A stretch of DNA of 62,829 bases, filler included, from Basidiobolus ranarum (GCA_040143965.1; 19 parts of 19 records of this genome joined end to end with filler, not necessarily neighbours in it); one strand, 5' to 3'. Positions 36,490 to 49,719 are shown, counted from the whole stretch's first letter. Translations and numbers: made by a program. The notes: generated by a model not told the origin, from the letters alone.

Positions 36490-38028
36490 GTGTGGGTGCA
36501 TCCTGACTCATCAAAAATCAATTTTTGCCCTTCTGAGATGGCCTTACTTAGAGATATTAAATTCTTGTCAATATCTGGAACATGTAGTACATCCTTCATG
36601 GTATACACTTTGTTTTCAGAAGCTCCAGTTTAATTGACTTGAATTGTTGCCACTCCATGGCTTCCAATGTGCAGTCATCTCCCATGAGAACCTTTCTAAT
36701 TACAATTTCTTGATAATTCACTAACAAATGTTTTTCATTTTAGAAATGTCGGGAGGCTTCAGAATTACTATATCACATCCAAGAAATCTTGTTGGTGGTT
36801 ATAAATAGAGCAGATATAAGCAAGTGATATTCTGTTGTAAACATAATTCCAGATTCAGAATGTGTTTCTTCTTTTGCAATTCCCTTAAAGCAATATTTGC
36901 TTAGAGGGCCAGTTCTTTTTCAGTTATCACAGAATGCATTACTTTTCTTCTTAAAGTGCTTTTGGCCTTTATAGGAAGGTTTCTGATAACATATCTAAGC
37001 TTTTCTTCATTCTTATGGCTGGATCCGGATTTATGTAATTCTTCATCCAGAAGTCTGCCAAATACATAATTTAAGGTCACGTTTTCAGTTCTTGATTCTA
37101 GAGCCACTACTAGAGTCTGCAACTCAAGTGGCAGTCTATTCAGGACTGTAACTATGATATCTTGATCAGTAGTAGGTACTCCAATGCATTTTATCTCATG
37201 CACAAAAAAGTAACTCTATTAATTAGTGATATGATGGCTTCTCCTGGTTTCATCTTCAACTTAAAAAACTGTCTTCTTTGAAACATCTTATTGGCAGCAG
37301 GACTTGTTTGATAGATCTCTTACAAGATTTGTTTACATCTTGACAATGCTTACAATGTAATCTTTCATATCAATAAATTATCAACTGCAAACCATCAATT
37401 TCTCAAATTTGCAAACCACTTCCAACAGGTGCCCAAGTACTTTGACAGGTTATGAGCCTCAAGCTTGCACTCTTTGTAATGTCTACTTCTCAAATTTGTG
37501 GAACTTTTTGTGCTTCTGAAAAATTTGATGGACTCAGTTATCAAGTTTGGAATATGAAAATAAAAATGTTGCTGCAAGAAAAATGACTTTGGGACACTGT
37601 TATACAATAAGAAAACAATGCAAATCTATCTGAAACCAAAGTTTTACTCCAGGTTAAAAGAGAACAAAGTGCTTTTACAAAATTTGTTTCACTATTAAAG
37701 ACAGATTGTTAGTTCAATGTTCAAGAACTAAAATTGCCAAGAAGGCATGGAAAGCCTTTGAAGACACCTACTAAGCAAATTCTGCTGCCAACAAGATGTT
37801 TCCAAGAAGTCAAATCCTTAACCTGCAGATGAAGCTAGGAGAAATCAGTAAATCCTTATGTAACAGAGTCACTATGTTAGTGGATGAAATGAAATGCATT
37901 GGAGTACCTGCTACTAATCAAGATATCAGAGTTATAGTCCTTAATAGCCTGCAACCCAAGTTTTGGAGAATAGTAATTGCACTAGAATCATGAACCAAAA
38001 ATTTGACCTCAAATTAGATGTTTGGCAG
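36490..38028. mobile_element. Two copia family A gag fragments in inverted orientation: 36490-37325(-) and LTR/PBS/gag 37326-38028(+)
   Basis: Both are homologous to parts of 17450-18700. PBS GGTTATGAGCC at 37448. Confidence 0.85.
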
Positions 38029-39699
38029 TGTTGTGCACCAATATAAAAAGTTTTTTAACTTACACCATACCTATACAAAAGGCTTGAATATAAGCTTAGT
38101 TTATCATCGTTGCTAGCTAGTCACCTGACCTTATCCAGGGACCCTATCATGTGACATATTATATTACTAACTATCCATTCTCTTATCTCTTCTATTAGAT
38201 CTAATCAGTATCAACATCTGAGTTATCTGCCTAGACAGAAGTCAATTTGAGTCACAAGATTCTTAACCAATGATCTTTCACTGCTAAGACTTCAGCTGAT
38301 GCATGACTTACAGATCTATCTATCAATCTATTCAATTGTATTTTCTTTTATCAGAATTTGGCATCTAATATCTATGTACTGACTAATTCACTTTGCTTAC
38401 AAAAAGTATAAATAAAGCTAACTGAACCTTTTAGCTCAGTGTGTGTCCTAACAAATATAGGATCTTAACACTTCTCAATGTTTCTCAACAAATTCAATAT
38501 TTGCCCTAGTTTCTATTCAAGCCTAGTATCCACTAGCACCTACAGAACACCAAGTCTAGCTGCCTAGCAAACCTACTCTGTACCATAACTGCTATTGGAT
38601 CAGTAAAGTTCAAGACTTTTTATCCACTTTTCTCTTGGACACAACATTTTTTTTGTTGAATTCCATTACATTCAACCACCAACCCAACATGGCCTCACCT
38701 ACCAGTACTGTAAGCCTCAACATTCTTGATGATGCCAGAGCAGCCTATGAAAACATATCCCAACAACTTAGGCAACTTATGTCTGAGAAAGATGCACATG
38801 TTTTGGAGTACACTTCCCTTCTTCAATCAAGAGCTGATGAAGAGCAAAGACAAGACCTACAGGAAGTCATTGCTTCTGAAAAGGAAGAAATCACCATTCT
38901 TAAGGAGAGTCTCCAAGATCTTGCCAAAACAATTCTCAACATGGAGAATCCTCCAAACTTCACCCTATTTTCATGAAGAACCACTCTTACATCTGCTGCA
39001 ATTAATCCTACTGGCATCCCTAGAGCAAGTAGAGCCATTGTTCCTAAGTCCTTGCCACCCTGTGCAGAAGGACACAAAGCCATCGAAGATCCCACTAAGT
39101 TTCTTGACAAATTCACCAACATCTTAGTTGCTCACCAACTAGATACAGACACCAACTGGGCAGGAATACTACCACTTTGTCTCACCAAGCAAGATGCTAC
39201 CTAGGTAGAATGCAACATACCAGCTACCAGTTCCTGGAAAGATGCCCAAGACCACTTTTGCAAGCACTTGGATAATCCTCTCAAGAGAGCTCATCTACAC
39301 TATGATCTTTGGAGAATTAGAATACAAAAGGGAGAAACTGTTCAACATTTCTGCAACAGATTTCAAAGACATATGGAAGAAGCTGGAGTGCAAGACTCTG
39401 ACCCTACACTCACTGCCTAGTTTTGCTCCAATTTCAATACCACTCTGCAGAACAACCTGGAAATAATTAAAGCTGCAAATCTAACACATAGCTATGATAA
39501 GGTTCCAGAAGTTGCCATGCTTGCTGCTAGAAGTAATACTACTTACTCTTCTCACCACCACCCTTATCAATCAAGTTCCCAAAATGCTGATTCCGCTAGT
39601 AATAGCTCAAGTGCAAAGTACTGCCACCTATGGAAAAGGTTCCCCTACTACCAATGATTGTAGAACTTTAGCCAACCAAGCAAACAAGTCAAACTCAAC
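38029..39699 (+). mobile_element. Gypsy-like element 5' part: probable LTR/leader (TG start, TATAAATA about 38407) and decayed gag
   Basis: Coiled coil, then EDPTKFLDKF...SWKDAQDHF...IQKGETVQHFCNRF (retrotransposon gag pattern). Confidence 0.7.
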
Positions 39700-39799
39700 N
39701 NNNNNNNNNNNNNNNNNNNNNNNNNNNNNNNNNNNNNNNNNNNTTAATTAATTAANNNNNNNNNNNNNNNNNNNNNNNNNNNNNNNNNNNNNNNNNNNN

Positions 39800-41491
39800 C
39801 CTGTCTAGTTTGTTGCAAACGTTCCTTCTCGTGATTTACGAAGGTACGGAAGGTTCCTACAATCTCTGCTTCAATTGGCTTACCAGGTTTGCCTTCACTC
39901 GATAATTTCTTTGAGGGTTTGGCCCCCAATAAACTAGCAATAGGTTCAGAAATTTTGGAACTTTGGCTGTTGATTGCCTTCACATTTCTACCCGATTCTT
40001 TCGCAACGGTCTCCGATTGTTTAGCCTTGTTTTTGTGTTCATCAATGCTCGAACTAGCTTGCTCAGATTGTTGAGCAGTTACAGTAGAGTTTGAAGTTTT
40101 GCTTTCGTCAGCTTTAACTTTGGTACGCATCGCAGGAGGCTTGTATTTTCCTTGACTATCGTTGCTTAGGCTATTAGCACGAACTACAGAACTATACTTA
40201 TCTTCTTCATCTAATTGGCTATCATCAATGAATTGTCCGCGCTCCTCCGCAATGTGAGGATTTACCGATGACATCTTCAAAAGACAGGTTAGAATGGAAA
40301 GCAAGCAAACATATTGGCATTGTACATACTCTAGCAATTTCATTGGCAATTCTAATTGCTTTCTTTTCCCTTTCTTTGTAATCAGAGCTACTGCGATCTA
40401 GTTTAGTAGTATAGATCTCTTCGTCGAAATCTGTTTGAAGGCCAAAGAGGTGTTCATTTGCGGCAAATTGATCCCACTGATTTTCAGCTCCTCCATCTAG
40501 CTCTGTGAAGAATTGAATTAAGGGTTTTGAATATTTTCAAGAACAAAGAACGATATTTTCCCAAGAAAAAAAGGAGGTTGTAGTGCATAATGAAAGGATA
40601 TTCTAAAGTTTGAAACTCCACGTGATCATCAGGATTCCACTTGTGCAATTCACGTTCTCTAACTGAGCCAGTATGTCCACTAATATGAGTATCAATCTTG
40701 AAAGCTATACGTTTACAATATAAGAGTCAATCATTCTGTTTTTCATAAGCTGAATTAAATTGGGAAATGGTCTCATACTATCTTTTTCGGGTCCCTTCTC
40801 TGATATAGAAAGATCTACTCCGACCGCATTAACCTCCAAACAATCTTTAGCTAAGACAATGAGGGTGGGAACAATTTGACCGGAATTTTCATTTTTCTCC
40901 TCGGTAGCGGACTTAATAACTCGTGCATATTTCAGCACCACTCCTAATTCCCCTTCAGTGGAAGCAGCATGGAATAAACCTTCATATTTGGTTCCACCTT
41001 TGACAACAACTTGAACATTTAGACCCTGTTTTCACAGAAATAATTTTGTTAACGATAGGCAAGAAAGCAGGATTGATATAAAAGTAAATATACATAAGTA
41101 TATATTTAATACAATACCACTAAATGTATAAGAAGGTAAAGCATGCGATCGTGCATGTGTTTTGCGAAAGTGTCATTCTTGACAATAGGAGAATGAGTGG
41201 CGTGTGGAATAGAAGGGCTATGAGACTGGGGAATGCTCTGCTGAGAGGCATTGGAGGACCAGGCTTTTGAACCTCCTCCACGAGGTAGAGTATTGGAATT
41301 TTGACTCCATTTACCCTTACCGCCTCTAAATAAATGATATGTTAGCTCAGTAAAGGTGAGCGGTCATAGTAGGCAACTGAATAAACATGCGGGTCTTTTA
41401 GTACTTAATTTTTACTATACCTTTGGGAAGCAGGTTGAAAAGGGAAATCCTGTCTTCGGGGTTTTTGTTGTCTATCACTCACGGAGGACAT
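39800..41491 (-). CDS. PBP1: Ataxin-2/Pbp1 homologue, 5' part (SM-ATX and LsmAD domains), 6 exons including an AT-AC intron
   Basis: HDRMLYLLIHLVG..YEGLFH; FKIDTHIS..RERELHKW; WDQFAANEHLFGLQTDFDEEIYTTKLDRS; NPHIAEERG; DEEDKYSSVVR. Confidence 0.92.
40505..40601 (-). other. U12-type AT-AC intron (97 nt)
   Basis: 5' ATATCCTTT, branch CCTTAAT, 3' CAC. Its removal restores the frame into LsmAD. Confidence 0.9.
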
Positions 41492-42753
41492 GATTTATTT
41501 GTTGAAAAGGATTTGTTTGTAACGAAGAAGCTTAGTTGGCCACGGTGTGATTGTAGTAGTCAGAGAAACCTTAATATTGTGTGATGATCGATAGAAATCA
41601 AGTAAGCTAGAGACGATTTGATACGTAATTAATGGCGTGTAGATAAAAGAGGAAAACTATAAATTTAGTACAGCAGAAACTTTAATATGAAGGACTGTGA
41701 AAGTGATGTCGAGTGGTGTTGTCCGTGCTCTTCTGGGTTAACGAGTATGTTACTGTCCTCAAATTTAACTTAAAAGGTATACGTTTGTGTTCGAATGATA
41801 CCCTTAGAAAAATTGGATAGGCAAGGTTTGCCCAATTCTATATCTGTTTTATGATATTTCAATGCAATGTCCACGTCGCTCAATCTCGAGTTGTTCTCGA
41901 TCAATTGATCGGCTCTTCTTGATTCCCATCAAAATTCTCCTTGGATTCGCTATGGCTAAGGGTAACTTTCCTCTATAATCATCAATTTGCTGCTTATCTC
42001 ATGATCTTTACATAGATAATAGAAATCAGTGGAGTTTATTGAATTATCCTCTGGGTTGAATTCGATCAAGGCTAATGTTATTCTATCGATAAGAAAATAT
42101 ATATAGATTCGAACTAATTGATGGTTAATTTGATAGTATGAATGCTCATAGATATAAATAAACAACCGTGGTTTAAGTTGTCAGTTTGAGTGACGTAATA
42201 GCCTACCACGCCTCGTCTGTAGGAAAGGTTCTGAGTTATGTTGCTCAAATATGCAATCATTTCTCAAGTAAATGGACACTTGAAATTCTACTAGCAACAG
42301 ATAATGGTCCATAACTGATTGCAAATAAAGATGTGTAGCTACGTGAAACAACAGATTTACCAACTAACCTTGAATTTATCCGTGAAACGCAGCACCATGC
42401 GAATCGCTACCTAAGAATTCACGTATTGAAAGGATGGTTTGGGTTGGTGATAGATGGCTTTAAAGTTCTCTGATATTCGTCAATTGATCTTGAGGTATAC
42501 CTACTCCGTCAAGGTCATACATTTCAGTCCATTGACCAGTTATTGTTGCATACACACATTTTTCAGAGTTTATGGTGTCTATAGCATCAGTATAGGATTC
42601 TATACGTGGTTGTGAATGAACAGGAGACGAGGAAATGCAGGATAAGGTAAATGCAGTGTTTATTCGAAGCGTGGAAAAATAGGCGAGACAAACCCTAGAT
42701 ATGGATTCTGTGATGTTATATATAATGCCTTCCAGTATAACTAATCCCATATA

Positions 42754-43008
42754 TTACTCTTTCGGCTCTGATTCTTTCGTCTTTTTTTGTTTGCTGCGCA
42801 AATAACTATACCGAAGGACGGCTTGCATGTTACTTTTAGTTGCTAGTTCTTGCGATACTCGCGTCCAATCGTGACCATATTTATCAACCAATTCAAGTAG
42901 CAGCTTGCTTTCTTCAGGAGTCCAACGTCCCCTTGTAATAATGGGATTTACATGTGTATCATACCTTGCCTGAACCTGAAATGGTGTTCTATGAGGGCCA
43001 TTCAGGGC
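42754..43008 (-). CDS. Myb/SANT repeat protein, C-terminal part
   Basis: RTPFQVQARYDTHVNPIITRGRWTPEESKLLLELVDKYGHDWTRVSQELATKSNMQAVLRY..*. Confidence 0.85.
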   Translation of the reverse strand, partial: ALNGPHRTPFQVQARYDTHVNPIITRGRWTPEESKLLLELVDKYGHDWTRVSQELATKSNMQAVLRYSYLRSKQKKTKESEPKE

Positions 43009-43108
43009 NNNNNNNNNNNNNNNNNNNNNNNNNNNNNNNNNNNNNNNNNNNNTTAATTAATTAANNNNNNNNNNNNNNNNNNNNNNNNNNNNNNNNNNNN
43101 NNNNNNNN

Positions 43109-43353
43109 GGATTTGAACCTGGGACCTCCTTCACTCTAGCAAGGTGCTCTGACCACTGAGCTACCAGTCCTTGTATGCTATGCCTATATTGCTAGGGAGC
43201 CTTAACCTAGTCTGTCAATGTATGGTACTTTGGCATATCAGCTATACAAGCAACTGATTGGCCTTAGACTTTGTGTTCAGATGCAGTCACCATACTCCAT
43301 ATTTTCCTCTTTGGGAATTACTGCTTGTATCACAAGTCACCAGACTTTCAACA
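43109..43353 (-). mobile_element. tRNA-containing LTR (copy 1); tRNA-like segment 43109-43170; inserted in copia-A gag
   Basis: Starts TGTTGAAA at 43353 and contains GGACTGGTAGCTCAGTGGTCAGAGC...GGTTCAAATCC. Confidence 0.75.
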
Positions 43354-46101
43354 GAAATAATCTCCAGAGGAGGGAAAAGTTCCAGAAAGTTTAGAAGCAG
43401 ATACTACAGAGAGTCTCAGCTTGGGGCTCACAGCCTGTTAAGGTACTTAGGGAGTTTGTTGAAAATGGCTTGGGGAACTAAAGAAATGAGGTGTTCTCAC
43501 CAATTAATTTATTGGGTGGATATATGAGATTTGTAGATCTAACAGGAGGTAAGGAAACAAACATGTAGGAAGTGTTAACAATGGTCTCACAAACAAGTAT
43601 ACAGAGTTTATGGCCACTAGCATATGCCTAAAAAATCCTTCTATCTGAGTACTTCTAAGTTGGTAAAAATATTCTAATTAAATTCCAATTGATTAGAGTT
43701 TGCATATCTTCAATGACTTGTAATATAATACCAGTATTTGGAAGGTTATTGGGCTTTTCAAAATGTCTCCAAGCTGGCAAGCTATTCCAAGGCTTTGATG
43801 AAAAAAAGCAAACATATTGATGTTTTAAGATTATATAGCTAAATAGTTTGGCTATATGTAGCTACCACATGATTATATATTGGTTATACAGGTATAACAA
43901 GTTTGTGAATATAAACAGTGGTTTAGCAGCACTTCTAAATGTTACTAATGGGCAGTAAATTCATATTTGTATCAAACACAATATTTCATCAATTCTACTC
44001 ATTGCATTCAATACAAATAGGTTTCTGGATTGACTATCAAACATTTAACTTTGAACATGATCAAATTTGATGAAACTAAAAACAGAAGTCTCACAACCAG
44101 CTGAAACATTAGTCAAGATTTGTATTTTTAGCTCTCGGTTGATTTAATCTGTTAAGCCCAATTTTTTAATCGAACTCCCTAGCAGTGATGGCACAACTCA
44201 ACCTTTTCTCATCCTGCTCTAATAATATTGATACAAAATATTTAATGCTCTTTAGAAACTCTACAGTTAGAATTTTACATCTGAATATGCAGCCTTTTTG
44301 ATCTGAGAAAAGCTCAATGGTGATAAAATATTAACTTTCCCGGGAACACAAACCACATAATTGGTATGATCATAAAAAAAACATATCTATGCATAGACTG
44401 GTTTTCAATCAGCAATCTCTTACTACAAATGTTAAGAAGAACTCAAAGTTTATGGGTATAATTTTAAACAACATAATTATTGTGATTTTGGGAGATATAT
44501 GTTATTGGATTTAATACTAAGTATCTCTACTTTTGAAGATAAACTAAAAACCAACACGAGGAATAACTAAATAATTAAACGGGCCACAGTGTATTCTCTG
44601 TGAGCTAGTTTAAGTCACATCATGCCAAAGGAGTAATATAGCACTTTCTCAAATAAGATTGCCTGTTGCTCATAGAATGACTAGCTTTTTCCATATGGCA
44701 GCACTAATTTGCCATAGAAAGAACATTATTTCATTCAGGAATTCCATATCATAACATCCATTACTTCGACGGAGTAGAATCAGACTCCTTAGTACCGCTA
44801 ATTAGCGCAGAAGTAAAATCAAATATGCACGCTAGTTATAATTCAATATATGAAGCCTAATAGAGTAGAATTAAGCTTCGATATCAAGTTCATCGTCATT
44901 GAAAGTAATTTGCTTTTATCGGATTAGAATTTCAGAGCATATTGCTACTATGGCACTAACTTGGCAACACCAGCAGACCGGAATTCGAAATTGGTACCAA
45001 TCGATTAACCATTTTAAGTTTAGATGGCCATATAATAGCTACTGCTATAAGGATAGTTGTACAGCATAACTTGAAAGCTGTCTCAGTTACAGCCATGCCT
45101 AAAGGTTGTCTTTCGGTAGATTCCCATTGAAGTTTAGCCTGGGGTAACATGAAGGAAGTCAGACTGGCCTTCAGGTTGCATGGAACATTGTATTTGTATT
45201 ATTGGATTCGCACAGCTATCATATGTGAATCCCCAAGTGTAAAATCAAACAAGGCCTAGCAGCTGAATCAAACTAAGAACCTTTAGCGTCATCTTTTCTA
45301 TCATGACGGATATTGGATACACTTGCTTTGTATTTGCAGGCCTTATTGTATACTGGTGAAATGCGAGATGGTATCCTATAGATTATATTACTCTATCTGC
45401 TAACATATTTCCTAAGTCAGATAATCAGGAATTAGATAGCGGACGGGATAATTCACAAGGGCTTAATTACTATATCTAGCTACTGATATGACATAATTTA
45501 ACGCAAAGAACACTAAGGTAACTAAGGTGTTCTTATAGACTAGTACATTCATCAGAGCATGTGTTAGTTATTGTGAGCAAGATCCCGATATTAGTAAAGC
45601 TGAGACATCACATACCGGTTACTCCTTTCGCAGTTTGTTACGGAAAAATGTGACGTCGAAGATGCTATAGGGCCAAGAGTATGTCACTAATACCAGTGTC
45701 GGAGTCAGGGATTCTTTCTGTTTATTCAAGAACTGCCCTAATTTACATCTGTATACGGCAAATGCTGGATCTTGGGTTCATCCCAGACACCACGGCCCCA
45801 TTCGTCAACAACTCACCTTGATGAGCCAATTTCTTCATGATGATTGGTTGCTACACACAATATGGAATCGAGCTAGACAAGGTGATTTGTTCATTGAAAC
45901 TTCTAGTTTTTCCATTGCTTTGAGATTGACATTAACCTGTCCCAGCCAAGACATTTTGCATACTAGTCATCTTCTGCATTAATAGCTTGAAGATAGCGTC
46001 ATCTAGGTTTGAGAAAGTCAGGACTTTTCATTGTCGAATCAGAGGCATAAATACGCTTGTCCATCCATCTTTCTCAATACATCATTCAATCTTCTATCAA
46101 A

Positions 46102-46298
46102 ATGTACTTTCCCAAGCTTCTCAGCCTAACGCTAGCAACTTTATTGAGCCCGGTCATCTTTGCTGGTAAATATTGATGAAACTTGTGGATCCTAATCCAG
46201 TGCTAACATAAATTTCTATTTCAGACTTCATTACCATCACTTCACCTGCTAATGATACAACCATCAACACTGGTCAACAATTAGCAATCAATCTCAAG
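46102..46298 (+). CDS. Secreted protein N-terminus (exons 46102-46165 and 46225-46298), possibly with a Kre9/KNH-like Ig-fold start
   Basis: Signal peptide MYFPKLLSLTLATLLSPVIFA, then DFITITSPANDTTINTGQQLAINLK. The intron reads GTAAAT..GCTAAC..CAG. Confidence 0.7.
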
Positions 46299-46415
46299 GT
46301 AACTCGCGCGGATCTNNNNNNNNNNNNNNNNNNNNNNNNNNNNNNNNNNNNNNNNNNNNTTAATTAATTAANNNNNNNNNNNNNNNNNNNNNNNNNNNNN
46401 NNNNNNNNNNNNNNN

Positions 46416-47758
46416 ACTAGGATTCCCATCAATATCCACTCATCTAGGCATTTATTCAAATGCAAATACTGGAAGTCTTCAATATGTACATATTCAAGTG
46501 AAATCTTGACAAGATTTCTGCATGATTAATATTGGCTACAATGGGAGTTGTTTATGAACATTGTTCATATATTCTTACAGCATCAACTCACATGGGCAGA
46601 TCTCAGGCAGATACAGCCACTGTGCACAGATTTTTTCATTGGATATAAAAAACTTTATTACAAGTTTAAAGAAGATAGACTGAATCTATGCTGGTATTCA
46701 ATACATTCCCTGCAGCAACTTTCACATTGCTCAGGGATTATAGGCCCTTGTTATACATTCTGTAAGTTCCTAACAGAGCACACCTGTGGTAGAATGATGC
46801 TCTGTGTGAAATTGTCAATATTACCATATGCTAGTCTGATTAACAATGTATCAGCAAAATCAGTAATAGATGTAATGCCATGTGTTAAGGAGACTCTATA
46901 ATATGTTAACCTTACAACAAAGGGCTCTTTTCAATGTGCTCATGGGTTTTTACATTGTTTGCACATAGTAACAGCAACAAGACCCAACCCATGGACATAG
47001 AGTAAATACCTCTATAATTTGTATTAATTTGTTTGTTTGATAATCCAACAATAATTTCAGGAAAGCTGCAAGACAGACTTCTTGGTGAGAGAGATCAGAA
47101 TACACAGTATTATTGTTTTAGCCATGAGGTAGTCTATTCAAGCAATGACATATCTACTTGTGCCAGGACATTGGTTGACTGCAAGTTTGGGATATTTTTG
47201 CTGAATTCTCTATGGAAATTTGCCAAAATCCAAGAGCTTATTCTCATTGTGAATAGTAACAAGAGTCAGCTACTTGCCAAGTGTCAGTGCTATTCAAAAT
47301 TTCAGATGTTTAGCAACTTTTCCACAGTTAGTTTGCTGGTAAAGAAAATTGATGTTGTTAAGTTACATCCAATCAGTCACATATGTGCATATGTGGAGAC
47401 TAAACACAATGAGATTCTTGTATTTTTTTATTCTTATTATGGCTGGAATACAAAGCCAAAACATCTAAATAAAAGCATGCATATTAAATTGAATTCCTAC
47501 AATAGTAAACCCAGTAATTTGTCATTCAAAAATTAGATTTTTGCAAAAATTGCTGCAAATCAAATAACACATGCCAAATATGATGATCAAGATTTTAACA
47601 TGTATGAATACCATCAAAATACTGTCAAAAAACCACCATCACACCATCAAAATCCCTGGCAGAATGCAAGCCACCAATATTATGATGGCTCTCTGACAGT
47701 ATTGCAATCCAGAAGATTGGATCTGATCCGGATCAAATCCATTTTATTTTTGTTAGGG
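46416..47758 (+). mobile_element. CMC transposase 3' part and right terminus
   Basis: YSIHSL.LS...IGP; ends TTTTTGTTAGGG. Confidence 0.9.
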
Positions 47759-49560
47759 CACCATCATGTAATCCTTGGTACCTTATGGCTCATGCAGCAC
47801 AACCTAGTACTCAACTGGAAGAACAAGATTATCATGTTCAGGAAAGTTCCACCTACCAGTCCATATTTGCCAACCTGCAAAGTGTTCAACTCCAGCCCAA
47901 ATCCTCAAAACAGCTATGAAGCCAATATCTATTGACAATGATGCTGAAAAGCTGAAGCCAACAAAACCCACAGTTCCTAAACTCCAACCCAAATACTAGC
48001 ACTTGCTGATATCTTTGACAAGAAGAAATCCAATATACTCCCAACCCACCACCATCATGATAGCCCTATAGTTCTAAAGGAAGGAAAACAACCACCATTT
48101 GGGCCTATCTATGGGCTGACCCAGCTAGAATTCAACATTCTGAAAGATAATATTGTAGAAGATCTGGAGAAAGGATTTATCCAACATTCCAAGTCTCCAG
48201 CAGGCTTGCCAATCTAATTTGTTAAGTAAAAGGAAGGATCCCTCCTTCTCTGCATTGATTATCAAGGCATGAACAGAATTACAGTCAAGAACTGGTACCC
48301 CTTGCCATTAATTAACTTGCTCTTGAATCAGCTTGCTGTGGCCAATGCTTTTACTAAGATAGATTCATAAGCTTCATACAATCTTGTAAGAATCAGATCA
48401 GGAGACCAATGGAAAACTGCCTTTTGAACTTACTGTGGACACTTTGAATATAAAGTCATGCCATTTGGACCTACCAATGCTCCTGCAGTCGTCCACCCTA
48501 GGATGAATGATATCCTCAGAGAGTATCTTGACCAGTTTGTGGTAATCTACCTTGACAATATCTTGAACTTCTAAAACCCTCAAGATAAACATAATGTTCA
48601 TGTTTACCAAGTCCTGTAAAAGTTGAATACCTCAGGCCTCTATGCTAAACTTCAGAAATGTGAATTTAACCAAGCTCAAGCTGCATTCCTTGGATGTAAA
48701 ATCAGTCCATCAAGCATCTCCATGGACCCCAAGAAGGTTGAATCTGCTCTCTCTTGGGATACTCCCAAGAAGGTGAAGGATGCCCAATCTTGCATTGGAT
48801 TTGAAAATTATACAAATGGTTTTTCAGGAACTACTCCAATATATCTGTCCCATCAACAAATCTTACAAAGAAAAAATGCCCAAATGACTGGATTGTATCT
48901 TGCCAAGAAGCATTTGTTACTGTAAAAGAATGCTTTTACCTCAGCACCAATCCTGGCACACCCCAATCAAGATAAACCATTCATTGTTGAAACTGATGCA
49001 TCTGACTTTGCTCTAGGAGCAGTACTATCAAAGTAAGATGATGATAACTTACTGCACCCAATTGCCTTTTACTCAAGAAAGTTCTCTGCAGCAGAAATCA
49101 ACTGTGACATCTAAGTCAAGGAACTGTTAGCAATTATTGCTGCATTTGAACCATGGCAATAGTACTTGGATGGAGTAAAGCATACAATTACAGTCTATTG
49201 CAATCATAAGATTCTTGAGTGCTTTAGTACAACCAAAGCTCTCAACTGCCATAAGGCAAGATGATCATCATTTCTTGCCATTTTGATTTTGTGAATGCAT
49301 ATGGGCTGGGTAGCCAGCAAGAAAAAACTGACACCTTAACATGTAGAGTAGAATATCAGCCTAGAGCAGGACATGAGGCCTTTGGTCAACAAAATATCTC
49401 CCTACTGAAGCCACATTGACTTCACATTAGTACTACAGCTTTTCCTCTGCCTTGTTCAAGCAGATTCCCAGCAAAAGTCCTCAAACTTCAATAAGACAAC
49501 CCATTGGTAATATCAATCAAGACAGCTCAAGATTCCCCCAAAGGCCTCTCAAGTTTGAGC
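47759..49560 (+). mobile_element. Degenerate Ty3/gypsy (Tf1/chromovirus-like) pol: protease end, RT, RNase H
   Basis: [59 protein letters not shown]. Confidence 0.9.
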
Positions 49561-49719
49561 ATGTACTGTTAATGTATGTGGAAGCCTGTTGGAAGTGGTG
49601 TGGAGAATTAGAGGAATTGNNNNNNNNNNNNNNNNNNNNNNNNNNNNNNNNNNNNNNNNNNNNTTAATTAATTAANNNNNNNNNNNNNNNNNNNNNNNNN
49701 NNNNNNNNNNNNNNNNNNN

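Noticed and set aside
42460-42750. 96-aa minus-strand ORF after the Myb stop codon
   Set aside because: It has no recognisable domain and is probably 3' UTR or antisense to a decayed gene.
43720-46050. Short ORFs in the AT-rich stretch
   Set aside because: They show no motifs or splice-consistent model, so I treated the region as intergenic.
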